Assembly: GCA_038496445.1 (NCBI GenBank)
Contig: JALMLS010000505.1
Coordinates: 1-64,000 of the forward strand
Source of the DNA: Trichosphaerium sp. ATCC 40318
Lineage: Eukaryota > Protista > Tubulinea
Length of the DNA: 64,000 nucleotides
Reading direction: 5' to 3'
Every line of letters begins with the position of its first letter. Within the stretch, counting starts at the first letter, position 1. Both the position numbers and the translations under genes were made by a program. Positions 28,023-41,118 of this stretch are shown here, piece by piece. The notes under the pieces are model-generated. The model ran no database searches. It was given only the letters and a program-made list of their open reading frames with translations, and was not told the DNA's origin.

Positions 28023-29776
28023 TCAAAACATGTTTGAAAAATGTTTCATAAATAATATTACTGTTTTGTTGTATCTCGTAATTATACCTTCAGCATACGT
28101 TCTATGTGCACACAAGTCACCACTACAATCCCATTCCCTATACTCTCCATGAAGCTCACCCTTATCATTGTAAAAGCAAAGAATCTTTAAGTAACCACTG
28201 GAATTCCGATGCCATTCCTTGTACTCATTGTTTAGCTTGCCATTTAGATAATAGCACTTCTTTTTAAGTTGGTTGTTGCATTCATTGTACTCTCCATTAA
28301 GCTCTCCTTCATTGTTATAAAAGCAATGAATGTGTAAATTACCATTGGAATGCCATTCCTTGTACTCCTTGTTCAACTGACCATTTACATAAAAGCAATA
28401 TTTAGATAATATACCTGTATCGAGCCACTCCTTATACTTTCCATGTAAAAGACCATTTACATAAGTACACTGTTTGCTTAACACACCATTCTCATATTCT
28501 TCCTTGTACTTCTTGTTCAACACGCCTTTGATGTAAAAGCATCTCTTACGCAATCTACCAGTTCTATACCAATCCTTATACTCTCCATCTAGGTTACCTT
28601 GACTGTCATAGCAACAATGTTTGTAAAGTACGCCATCCCAATACCACTCCTTGTATTCCTTGAACAAAACACCATTGAAATGAAAGCCTTGCTTACGTAA
28701 TCCCCCCTCACTATTCCACTCCTTGTACTTTCCGTTCAATTGTCCGTTATTGGAGTAATAACATTGTTTACGCAAGACGCTATTACCATGATACTCCTTA
28801 TACTCTCCTGTCAACATACCTTTATTGTCATAAAAGCAATGGATCATTAGCTTGTCTCGCTGGTACCATTTCTTGAACTCTCCGGTGAGATCACCATTTA
28901 CATAATAACAACGTTGTTGTAAGTAGCGTAAAGCACCACCAAAGAGGGTATACCACTCTTTATACTCACCCTCTAATTCACCATTAACATACGAACAGTC
29001 TTTCCATAATTGACCACTTCTTTTCATTTCTTTGTATTCCCCGTGTAGTTTACCTTTGACATAATGACATTGTTTACGCAATTCACTACTATTGGTATGC
29101 CACTCTTTGTACTCACCCTCTAATTTACCATTAACATACGAACAGTCTTTCCATAATTGACCATTTCTTTTCATTTCTTTGTATTCCCCGTGTAGTTTAC
29201 CTTTGATATAATGACATTGTTTACGCAATTCACTATTGGTATGCCACTCTTTGTACTCACCGTTGTATTTGCCAGCAACACGCCAACAGTGTATGCAACG
29301 TCGCCCATTTTTATACCATGTTTTAAACTCACCATCGTATTTGCCATCAACATACCAAGAGTGTACCTTAAGTTTCCCATTAGCATGCCACTGTTGGTAC
29401 TCTCCTTTCAAATTATCATTGCTGTACAAGCAGTGTTTTTTAAGTCGTCCGTTTCCAAACCACTCCTTGGACTCTCCATGGTGCTTACCATGTTTCCAAG
29501 AACCTTTCTGGAGAAGCTTCCACTTTTTCTTGTACAGGCCGTGCTTCTTCCACACACCATGTTTCCTGAGCTTGGAATCGAACCTTGTCGTCAAAGCCAC
29601 GTGTTTTGATAGTAATGGCTATTTGAGATAAGTTTCCGTATCCAAATCGATAATACAAAGGTGTAACTCCACAGGAAGGGTAAAAAGAGGACAAGACTCA
29701 GAGATATCTGTATTTCTCTAATAAGATCATTAAAAACTGAACTAAACAAACTGAATCGATGTACCACAACTTCCAT
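28023..29776 (-). pseudogene. F-box-like + ~20 MORN-variant repeats; nonsense codon in the F-box
   Basis: MEVV|47-nt intron|RNTDISESCPLFTLPVELHLCIIDLDTETYLK*PLL aligns to the paralogue's LLHLPVEIHLDIIDLDSKLYQIWPLL, with TAG at 29619-29621 replacing TGG. The downstream 525 codons (GEYKEWHxNG repeats) are intronless and open. Confidence 0.75.
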
Positions 29777-29957
29777 TGTTGTTTCAAGCGTTTTTTGTTC
29801 AAAAATAAAGTCAAACACAAGCAAGTTGACAGGCGTTCAACACGAAAACACGTGACACAAAGAAAAACAACACTTGTTCTAGTTTAAGGTTTATCAGACT
29901 GTATCGGGTCACAAGCAAAGGCAACTAAAGCTGTACTAAAGCGGGTTGTACTGTTTA

Positions 29958-30964
29958 TTAAGGGCACAAATTAAAGCAGCCACAGCACGTGAGGTAGAGA
30001 TCTCCGAGGCAAGCAGCGCAATCTGCACAACATTCGCAAACAGGATAGTCACAACTGCAAGATAGACCGCAAGAAGCCAACTTTACAGCACAATCTGCCT
30101 GAGGGCAATCACCACCAGCGTTATCCTTACTAACTTCTAACTTTCCGCACAAGTCGCCCCAGTGGTTGTCAATATCAAAGATACTAGTACTCTGTGGTCC
30201 AAGCCTAATACTTTCGATTGTTCGCGCCAACGTAGCTAGGTCGCTTCAGCAAGAGGATTCAAATTGAAGAAAAAGAGACTTCGAGGCTTACCTGTAGCTA
30301 GTTTTGATTGAGTTTTGTATGGCGCGTTTCCAACGGTTTCGTCCCAGTAGTCTGCCACAACATCAGTGTCGTTGTGTTGCCAATGATCGAGGTGATGTAC
30401 ACCAACACTTTCTTCGCCTGGCAGTCGGTTACTTTTTACGTCAAAAATCACGTGATTTGTTGGAACAGTTTGTCGACTTTTAAAGATGAAAGATTTGTAT
30501 ATTACGCAGTCCCGTACCAATGTAGGTGAATGCATCGAATGTAGGGACTTTCATCTTCCCTTCAAGAGGAAACTTGTAACATTTTGCTTTCTCTTCGGAT
30601 ATTTCAATAACGAACCTCTCACTCTACCATAGCGTCAACGAGAAAAAATTAACTACTTTCCAACTAAATAAAAAAAAAACCGGTTGAATACCCTATTGAA
30701 AAGACGATAGTACTCCCTTCGCATAGCCTTTCCCATGTGGTCTCTCTCTTCTGCTACTTTTTCAGCTTGTAGCGTTACATCATACCACCATCTGCCATGA
30801 GCTTGCTTCTCAGCATCCCTAAATAATCGTAAAAAAGGTCTCGTTTTAAAAAAGTGTCACCTTGTGTCAGTAAATGAAGCAGAGAAAGAATTTGGCCACA
30901 GAGGGGTTGGTACGGCAATAGCTACAACCAAAAACGCGAAAATTACAGTAATATAAGACTTCAT
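29958..30964 (-). CDS. Secreted ependymin-related (EPDR-like) protein with a C-terminal Twisted-gastrulation-like 14-Cys domain
   Basis: Signal peptide MKSYITVIFAFLVVAIA; PTPLWPNSFSASF, GRWWYD, KCYKFPL, FTYIGEESV..DHW, SIFDI..C; tail CPQADCAVKLASCGLSCSCDYPVCECCADCAACLGDLYLTCCGCFNLCP. Confidence 0.7.
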
Positions 30965-31639
30965 GCTTGTTGTTAAGAACACTTTATGGGAATGTATTGT
31001 GTGCACAAAGTGTCACATAAAATGTTCAGCATAGATAAAATTTGTTTCTTTGCAAAAAGTATTCTCTTACGCTTTTACATGTAACTAAGTGCTCTGTTCA
31101 GCCGGTTGAGTACAATGTGAACTTTAAATTTAACAATTGACTCAGAGACCTAGAAGAAAGCCTAAGAAAGCAGCAAGGATGGGAAAAAACAAGAAGGTTA
31201 TAACGTGACAAAGGGAAGACTAAGATTGTAAGAACAGTGAGTTACTATTAACAGAATAACTGTCAACAAAATACGTTCATTAAATGTACTTCCGGTAAAA
31301 TATTAACTCCTGCGAACTTGTCAACCATTCCGTTTTGAAACGTGTATCACTTGATTTGTACAGTTGAATGTTTCACCGCTATCCATGTGAGTATCTTATT
31401 GTAACAAATACTACAAACAATGAAGAGGAACCAGTTAATCTCATCTCACTACAGCAATAAACTCACTTCACTTAGCAAGAAACGGAGACGGCGAAAAAGT
31501 TTCAATATTGATAAGTCAGCGCTGATGTTAACGGCGTACAGCTTTACTATCCAGTAACGTAGCAAAATATCTATAAAACGAATAAACCGAGCAGCCTAGT
31601 AAAATTATTGCCTAATGTACAAGGAGGCTTTATTGTGAG

Positions 31640-32588
31640 TTACTTGTTAAACCCAAACCAAGATTGTACGGTCAAGAAGAACGAAGTACTATTTTCTGAA
31701 GGTATAATAACTCTCTCACTTGTAGATTCTTCTAAGTGGCGCCCTGCCTTTATATGCATATCTTCAGCACGGCTGATCATATCATCAAACATCTCAAAAA
31801 CGCCAGTGCCCTGTTAAAAGAAAAACAATCAGAAAAGGGACAAACAACAGAAGGAACGTTTTCTTATTTTTTTCTCGTACTTCTTTTGCACTGACTTCAA
31901 AATATGAAACACCCCAAAAGTCTGCCAGCTCACGTCCTTCTTTGGTTGATACATCTCGTTTATCTTTTAAATCTATTTTGTTGCCTACAATGGCAATACA
32001 ACATTGCTGATCTTTTGTTAACTCCATCACCTTTTCATACTTTGCTACTCTTTCAAAAGTGTTTCGTTGTGTGACATCAAACACAACAAATGCTATGTGG
32101 CTTCCTCTAACAAACGATCTGGCTTAAAATTTACATTAGCATATTAGCAGGAGGTAATAATATTACTTAGATTTGATAAACCCCGCTCCCTTCCAGCAGT
32201 ACTAAAAAAAGTCAACATTTTCTTATGTTTTCTGTCACGTGTTTTTAGCAGGAAAGACGATACGTACTCCCATATTTGTAACTTTATGTCTTTGATCACT
32301 TTCCCTTGTAGGTGTTTAATGTACTAAAACAAGATGAGATTCTAACTAAACGACCACAAAAAGAATGTAACATACAAACTCTACACCAATAGTCATCCTG
32401 CTATCTGAGAATTTATTTTCATTGTATCTTCTAATAATTGATGATTTACCCACTCGTAGACCTGTTTGATAGTAAACTAGCGAGAATAAGTTAAAAACAG
32501 TACCAGTGTCGCCCAACAGTATTATTTTGGTTGGAACAGTCTTCTTTCTATATTTAGGAGCGGTATTATTTGCTGTTCCCTTCGGCAT
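31640..32588 (-). CDS. Atypical Rab-like GTPase (paralogue A)
   Basis: GDTGVGKSS, TIGVEF, WDTAGRER, GNKID, EVSAK; ends QSWFGFNK* with no prenylation Cys. Confidence 0.85.
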
Positions 32589-33100
32589 TGTCGGTTACTG
32601 TTTTTATGAAAACTGAAATAAAAAGAATGTCACTGACTGCTTTTTATGACTCAAGTGTGACTAGTTTTCCCCAAGCTCGATGGAGAGCTTGTGTTGTACT
32701 GTACTGTAAAGCCGATCGCGCCTGTATTTAAGCTTGCTTAAGCCAATAAACCAAACAGTGTGACCAGTGTTTGTGCGAATTCTTTCAGCTTGTCACACTT
32801 CTTTTAAAGCATCACACATTGTCAACCAATGACGAGCCTGAAATTGTTGGAAGGCTAGCAAACTAGTATAGCGACATTAGGCTTATACCGATGTCTGGAA
32901 TGACCAGTAATTGGGTCAATTCCATAAATGCTACCAGTGAGACAGTTAAAGTGCCAAGAACTCACTATCAAGAAAAAAAATAAGACTTGAATGAGACAAT
33001 AGTAAGATTGCAAACGTACCGACCTATTGTTGACCCAAATGCAACTTTTTTTTTTGTTTGCTTTCACGAAAATTGGAGAAGAGACGCATTAACACACGAA

Positions 33101-33848
33101 ATGGAGGAACTGTGTTGGTAAGCAAATATCCATTCACCGCCAGACGTGGAACTTACGTTTATTACTGAAAAAGCGAACTTATGTGCTGTTGTTGTATTGC
33201 CGGCGCTGGAGCTGCTGCAGGTAGCGCGTACCAACAAAATAAGATGAAAAGAGAGCAACATCATATGATAGATGATCGTTATGGTCCTAGATATGGTTCA
33301 AACCCACCAGGTAATATTTCTAACGAAGTTTCATCTGAAGAAAAAAAAATTAGTCACGTGCGCCCTTTTTTTGAGCCGGTGAGAAGAAACTAAACAAAGC
33401 CTGGAAACGCACTCTTTTTGAACAAACTAGGCAGCTTGAGGCTCACTCAAAACGTCGCTGAGAATTCTTTTGATAATAAAACCAAACGATTTTGTTCCTG
33501 TTTATTTACGAATAACAGTCTACAATTTCATCTTTGTTATGGGCTTGCCTTGTGACCTTGATTGATTTTTACGTAGGACACTATCCTCACAATCATTATG
33601 CTCCTCAAGGTTATGGTCACGGAGGACCTCCTGGCGGATATCCACCTCACCACAATACGTATCCACCACAACACCACGGATATCCTCCTCCAGGTAATCT
33701 CATCAGAAGGAATACATTTTTTCAAATTTCTTCTCGTTTGGTTCCATGTGGACTGACTGTCTATGGCTATACTCAATTTAATTGTTTTATAGGACAACAA
33801 CACATGGCATCTGCACCTGTACCACCATACAATCCAAACTACCAATAA
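33101..33848 (+). CDS. Small protein with an N-terminal Cys string and a Pro/Gly/Tyr/His-rich tail
   Basis: Spliced MEELCCELMCCCCIAGAG...GHYPHNHYAPQGYGHGGPPGGYPP...PPYNPNYQ*. Confidence 0.65.
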
Positions 33849-33910
33849 ACGTGATAAAACTGCGAAACAATAAGCAAGAGGGAAAAATGTCATTTTTAAT
33901 ACGGATTTTT

Positions 33911-36900
33911 TTACAAGTGCTTATCACCAGCTTCTGCATCACTAGTCTTATAAAACATAATCTCTTTCCAATTGCCGATAATACCTTTATCATAAAAATT
34001 GCTGAATTTCCCGTTTTCGTCTTTAAGGTAGTCATAACGGTACCAATTAGCATTTTCGTTTGTAGTGAATCCACGAGAAATCAAATACATGTTGCTCAAT
34101 GTTAACGGCGTTAAAAATGCCAGCATCATATTGTCCCTGTTATAACACATAAGTATCTTTAGACTGTAACAAGATTTAAAAAATGGTCAGTCTGATAGCT
34201 GTTTTAATGCCTAAAGAAGGCGAAAAATCCAACAACAGAAAAAGAAATGTATTACATTACATTATTCGTCCTTTCGTTTCAAACACCGAAAGCGTACCAG
34301 ATATACAATGATAATAACCAAGGGTGGGTTCCATACACATGAGCTAGATTACCCCAGAATGTACCAGGAAGTCCATCAACGCAAAATAAGTCTAGAAGAA
34401 AGCATAAGCTTAAATCAAGAAATCAAATACCAAAACTGTCGTACAAATATAATTATATCTCGCTAGAACAAGAAGACAAGTCGCCATACATGCCATAAAA
34501 TATATGAAATGAAAGTGGTTACGAATACCAACACAATTGTTTATCCAAGGGCAATGATGATCCATACGATAAACACATCTGTTAAAAAATTATTAGATAT
34601 TCTTCAAAAAAAAATTTGCTGGTGTAGTTGTACTTGTTGCATATACGACAATGCTTTGATCTGACACTCTTTTTAATCTATACACCAACTATTAGTATTT
34701 TAAGACAAAGAAAGAAAAAAAGTTGCGAACGGGAGTCAAGGATGGGTAACGTACAAGGCAAGTTGAACAAAATTGCTTTGGAATAGTCTTTTGATTAAAA
34801 TGTTCTTCGATACCCTGGAAAGACATAATATAAGAAATGAGGTGTTAATACCTATCACATACTATGGAATCGTTTTGGGAACCACATATCCAACCAGGAT
34901 TATCATTTACAGCCTTAGAAAGAGTGAGATAAAAAACGTCAGGTTTTTAGCGATGTTACATGACAATAATGTACCTTGTAATACGCGTAACATCCATAAA
35001 AAAATCCAACATTACCAGGTAATATAAACCATAATTCTTGTTGTACTTCAGGGCCAGTGAATTGTTAAGACCAAATAAATACTACAACAGTTTCGAAAAC
35101 GAAAAAAAAAAATCAGGTGAAAATAAGAAGAATGACTTTACAGGTTGTTATGCCAATTATCAAAACATTCAGTAGGATACGAGTGATAGTGTAGTACCAG
35201 AAATTAAAACAAGATATTGCTAGAGTAACTGCCGCCCATACTACCAACGTAGGGTTCTTTTTAAGAATAAAATCGTCACTAGTAAACAGCCGAAACAAAA
35301 TATAAAACCAAATCATCATACCTAAAACAGTACATTTGAGAGAGATGTACATTTAATATTTAATGTATAAAATAAACCAAATAGTTCTTGTTGATATAAA
35401 ACAAACAATAATGAATAAATAGTAATTGCTAATAGCTGAGAACTGAAGAAAGTGCAAAAAGATGCCTAAAAAAGAGATTTTCGACTTTTTGTTTTGGAAC
35501 CATTCAACGAAAAGCGTACAACCACAAGCCAAGTAAAAGTTATAGCTGAAAGCTATAAGCATAACTACAAGCCAAAATCCGGCTGAAAAAGCATATCCCC
35601 ATTCACGCTATAAGAAGAAGAATAAGCAAAAAAAATACAAAAGAAAATTCGTTTCCCAGTTTCTTGTGTACTTACAACATATCTGGGTGCCTTTAAGTAT
35701 CGTAAAATATGTTCTATACGATCACTAACATCCCTGTTATTGGCTTCAGTAGCAATATCGAACGCTGTGTTATTATCATTGTCTCTGATTTCGAGGTGCG
35801 TTCTTTCGATTTCTGATGAATGCAGTATCGTATAAGCTACATCCTCATCACCCGTTTTGGCGCATAAGTGTAATGGTGTCTTTCCTGAGAGTTTTTAGCA
35901 CATTTTAGAGTATTACACAGAGAAAAATAAGATAGAGCAATGGTGAAAGCATTGAGATAACATAAAGTTAGATTATCTGTAGAAAAAATATCCGAACAAA
36001 CAATTAATACCTTCATTATCTTGCATGGTGAACACTGTATAATGCTTAGCCAACCTTTCAAATAAATCTTCGTGACCCAAAGCAGCCCAGTGTATAGGCT
36101 ACAACGAATAAGGTTTGAATACAAAAACGAGAAACAGAAGTGACGCACAAGTCTACCCATTTGATCTTTGGAAAATAATAAAGATTTAACAGTTGGATCG
36201 TACAACAAGTATGTAACAACTAAAGTGTGCCCTCCAATAACTGCAGTATGTAATACAGTCCTTCCACGAGCATCTGTCAACGATTAGTTTGCCATATAAG
36301 TCCATCATCTCGTTCAAATAAAAAAGTTTTACTACCTGTCTTGTTAAGATCAGCGCCTCTCTTTATGAGATACTCTACTGCGCTCACACAACCGCCTGTA
36401 ACAGCTAGATGAAGTGGTGTTTCTTTATATTCCTCAGTAGTTACGTTTACATCAACTAACGTATAATTAGAGCACGTTAATACGCAATAAGAAAAATAAG
36501 AAAACTCGTCCACGTTGCGTACTGTTTTTTGACACAAGGAAATTAAGCACATGCATATTTCCGCGTAGTGCTGCATGATGGATTGGATGGTAGCCGCTGT
36601 AACGAATTAATATTTGTGTAATGTTACAAGTAGGTTTTGCAAGGAAAATGGCCTTGAGCAAACTGCTGAATCTCGTTTTTGATGTGTATTTGGTTCGTAA
36701 GCAATAATACCCTTTGTCAGGAGTAGACAGACTCTGTCCATTGTGTAGCGCCTCTTCACATGCCTCCAAGGTGTTTAACTTATAATCTACGCCATTTAGA
36801 TAACTAAAAATCCAGATTGTACAATGTAGTACCATCTTTGAAAATTTCATCTTTGTTTTGCGTAGTTTTCCATATTAGCTCCCATCGTGTACGTTTGAGT

Positions 36901-36996
36901 TCTTTTTGAAACCTTTCGTCTGTACAGGGTTATTTTACTCTTATTAACATTTTCAGGTGTTGTACCAGGTGTTATTGTAGTGTCTTCGCCCATCAT
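33911..36996 (-). CDS. Ankyrin-repeat DHHC palmitoyltransferase (Akr1/ZDHHC13/17-like)
   Basis: Ankyrin motifs ([21 protein letters not shown]), TM segments, [42 protein letters not shown]. Confidence 0.92.
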
Positions 36997-37042
36997 GGCG
37001 ATCCACCAGTCAAGTTAATTCTTAATTGTATCGCGAGTGAGA

Positions 37043-39240
37043 ATGAGTTCAAAGCAGCAAGGTGGTCCAAAGTGTACGTATTTACGCGAAATTAGTTATT
37101 GAGAGGTAAAATAGATGGCTTTGGAAGCTTTCCACCACCTCGCAAACCAAAAGGGCGGCCTTTGCCCAGGGCGTCTGATATACCAACAATTGATGACATA
37201 AGCGTTCCTCAGCTCAAATTGCGTTCGACACAAAACCAGGCTAACCAAACGTATTCAGCGTCGCTTTGTACGTAATCTACGACTAAGTTGTGGCGTAGGG
37301 TCACTTTCTGTCACTACTGCTCTGTTTGCGTTTTTCATGCTCCCAATAACTTTGTCGTACTTACAATAATGTAGCTACACCTAAATTTCACTCCTACTGG
37401 TATTTGCAAGCACTTGAAAAATATACAGAGCTGCAACGAGGCGCTTCATCGCGTAGTGACTTCGATAAAAGTCCAAGAGTGCCAATAAACAAAGTCTTAA
37501 CCGGCACATTTTTTAATTCGGCATACGCTTCTACACTGGATCCAGAAACGTACTCAAGCTTGCCATTCGATCCTTTCAAAGTAATGAGACTTGAAAATGG
37601 GCGATTAGCGCGACTAATGCAAGTACGTCCAAGATGCTGTCAAACTGCACCAAAACGTTTATGGCTATTCTCTTATTTGTCTAAAAGGATGATTCCGGCT
37701 CAGTTATTATGGCTGTCCATGATCCTTCAGATGGTGCAGTTGCTTCTTTAGTTGATTTGGGAGATCATGTACCAGATCAGTTCAAGAAAGATGCAGACTT
37801 GCGTGCAGTTGAGCATGAGTATATTGAGTGGAAGAAAGAAGTTGAAGTAAGTCCCAATAATTTTTTCCGTATTTTATCCGAAGGCCTTCGTTGGATGTTT
37901 CTAGTGCAACTCATTAATGCTAATTTAGCGTAAAAATATTGCTAGAATGGCAATAGATCAGCTTAATAATGAAACAATGCCAGAAAGCCGCCGAGAGGAA
38001 TATGGTACGTTTGTATTTTTTGAAACTATTTATTTATGTACATATTAGAGGACTCTCTTCACTGGTTGCATCCATTCAGATTGAACAAGCGTGAAGTATC
38101 AAAAGGTTTAACAAAAGAAGAACAAGAAGGCTGGCTTCGAATGGCTAAATGTACGGTCTTTAACAGAGCTTTGTATGACACATTACTTACCGTTCTCTTT
38201 AGTGCCTGCTAAACAATTTTTATCAATTTTTTATCCGAATTTTATGCGATTGCTTGGTAAGTGATTGGTAGCTTGCTTCTCTGACATTGTTTCTTTAGAA
38301 TTCGAAGAGCAACGTGCTATACAGAAAATGGACTTGTTTAGACTTGAGAAACCAGAAGGAAGTACGTTACCCCAATGATTTTTTTCACGAACATTTTTTT
38401 TATCAATACGTTTTTGTTGTATTTGGGAGGTCTCTTACATGGTTTTAGTGTCTGATGCTGATTGGAAGTTTGAGAGACGTAGAAAAGAACTCGAAATAGA
38501 TACAAGAATGGATAAGTTCATTTCTATAACAAAGGCTACAAAAGAATCATGGTTGGATACAAGCAATTGGTTCAGTAAGGAATAATTTTAAAATTATTTG
38601 TTTTTTTTATGTTATCTACGATTGCTAGTATCTTACATGAGTGTTTAGTGGCTAGAAAAGTTCATAATAGACTTAGTGACCTCGAAACTATGCTTTATGA
38701 TGTACCCGAGGATACTCAAGAGACTCAAGAGTACATGAATTTAGAACTCGCTTTAAAATCCATCGCTAGTACGTTTTCGGTTTTTCACACTTTGTCGAAA
38801 GATAGCTCGTCCTATTTATATGCAATAAACTCACTCTAATGTTTAATGTTATAGAGGATAATGCTTTACCTAAATCCGAAGTCCTACGCGCAAAAGAAGA
38901 CAGGAGAATAGCAGAGGCTAATAAAAATAAGCCAGAAACAAACGAAGCAAAACCTTTTAAAATACCAATACAAAGAGCTTACTTTGGTTCTGGAATAGTC
39001 GATTATCTTACTGGAGAGAAAGAAGAAGAAGAAGTACCGCCGGCGGATGAGGATGAGGAAGAGGATGAGTATGCAAATTATGGTCAACTTAACACAAACA
39101 CCGGTATGTTTACTGAGAAGCAAAACTAGTTTTTTTTATTGATTTTATTCTCTTTCTGTTTTTTTTTCTTTTCTGACCTCCTGATTTACTTGTTATTCAG
39201 GATGGTCAAAGTCAACAAGAAAATAAAAAACAAAAATAAT
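37043..39240 (+). CDS. Hypothetical multi-exon protein
   Basis: Consistent GT-AG exons from MSSKQQGGPKYGFGSF to an acidic tract (EEEEVPPADEDEEE). No family recognised; the 3' end is uncertain and may splice into the next gene. Confidence 0.55.
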
Positions 39241-39395
39241 ACTTGCGTGTCAATAAAAATATTATTCAAATTCTTTCCTTTGAGGCCTGGACTTGAAGGA
39301 GATCCGAAGTTTTTTTCCCATTTTTTTTTTCTTGTTGTGTTGTACTTGCATTATGTCGTTTAATAAATGTTCCAGTGAGAGTTGATGAATCAGCT

Positions 39396-40651
39396 ATGGA
39401 ACATGATAATACTGCTAAACAATGCTTGATGGTTATGGGACAAGGTTTCTTGGTACATATCGACATTCGTTGTTTTGGCATTTTCGCTTATTTTGTTCTT
39501 TAAAGGGTGGATTCACTCTTGGTTTTGGTGGTAGTCTTTTGATGTCTATAATTAAAATAGGAACACTACATAGTAGAAGAGTAAGTGGTATAACTGCAGC
39601 ACGGTATAGAGGTGGTCAAACACTATCAAGAAGGCTTAGATTAGCTTTTTGGGGAAAATATCTGTACGTACTGAGTTCTTTATCTTTTTGACTATTTACA
39701 GGTGGCGGCCTCTCTTTCCTACCTACTGGCATATAAAGAATTCCAAAAGCATACCTATGACCAATAAAGAATACATGGCAAAACAATGGGCTGGTCACGG
39801 TAGAAGATTTTCAAGAGCGTTTGTACCACCTTGGTAAGTATTGAAAAAAAACCTACTGATTAAAAGTTGATACCTTTATTAGGTATCATTATATTCTTTT
39901 TCCATGGAACATTCGGATGTATGAGGCAGCTAGAATTCATGGAGAGAATTCACTACATGTAAGTACTTTAAAATGTCAACAAGCAAACTTATTTAAATCT
40001 TGTACCTTGCTTATTTTCTTCTCTTTTTTTAAAGGCAACACAACACGAACAAATTTATTATGAATGGACTAGATTGTACAGAAGTTGGACAAGTCAAGCT
40101 TCTACAGTTCGTTATGGATGGCATCTTTCTGTACGTATCCTTTTGTCGCCGTTATAACGCATACGAATTCCCTGTACCCGAAAAAACATTTTTACTTTTT
40201 TTATTTTTAACTTCGCTAACTAAGTTATTATTAGCCGATGTACTGGAAACCAAATGAAATTAAAGAAGCAAAATTAAGACAAGCGCTATTTCAGAACACA
40301 AAAAAATTTAATTTTATGGCTAGCTTGAAGTTACTTTCATCTGTACGTTTTCTTGAGAAAGAGAGGTGACAAGTTTTGAACCTAGAAAAACATTGACCTT
40401 TTTTTCTGGATGGTATTCTTCCCCTTATTATTATTGAAAAAAACACAAATAGATTGTGATAAACCATTGCAAAGGTATATCCCTTACATAATGGATGCCT
40501 TGCAATGGATGGCTTACGAGCAGTCACTCTTCTTTCTTTGATCTTCACTTTTCAAATAATCACACTTGTTTAGAACGCATTTCGTGCAATACCAGGCGGT
40601 TGTATATTTGGTTTGCTTCTTGCTGCAGGCGCGTCAATTAGGGAGTGCTAA
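39396..40651 (+). CDS. Romo1/Mgr2 (Tim17-superfamily-like) membrane protein with a long internal insertion
   Basis: N-terminal KQCLMVMGQGFLGGFTLGFGGSLL and C-terminal GGCIFGLLLAAGASIREC* resemble the Romo1 segments (CFDRVKMGFVMG...GGTFGTFMAIGMGIRC*). Confidence 0.55.
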
Positions 40652-41118
40652 AGAAAAGTTGGAAAAAACGAACACAGGAGTTTGGACATGTCAATTGGCT
40701 GTTTTTTCCGTTTATACCACATAAAAACTAAACGAAGGAAAACTCAAGAACAAATCCAATATTAACGGATGGAGAGGTTTCTGTTCGTTTTTAATTTAAA
40801 TAACATGGCACTGAGTGAGTGGAACCTTTTTTGGGGGGTGTTCGCTCCGATGTTGCTGTATGTGGTCATAACTATATTACTACGTCAATAAATAACAAAT
40901 AACATGCTCTATTAATGAAATACAAAGCGTTGTTGTAGTTTAATCATAAAAACCTTTTGAATTCTTGTATACTGTGTGTGTTTTCTGACTTTCGAATATT
41001 ACCATAGTATTGGCGGTTATTAGACCGGTATTGACGTAGTGCGTGGTTTTTTTTATAATATCCGATTTGTTATTTTCAGAGCCTTACAAACGAAGTAGCA
41101 ACAACAGTGATAATAAAA

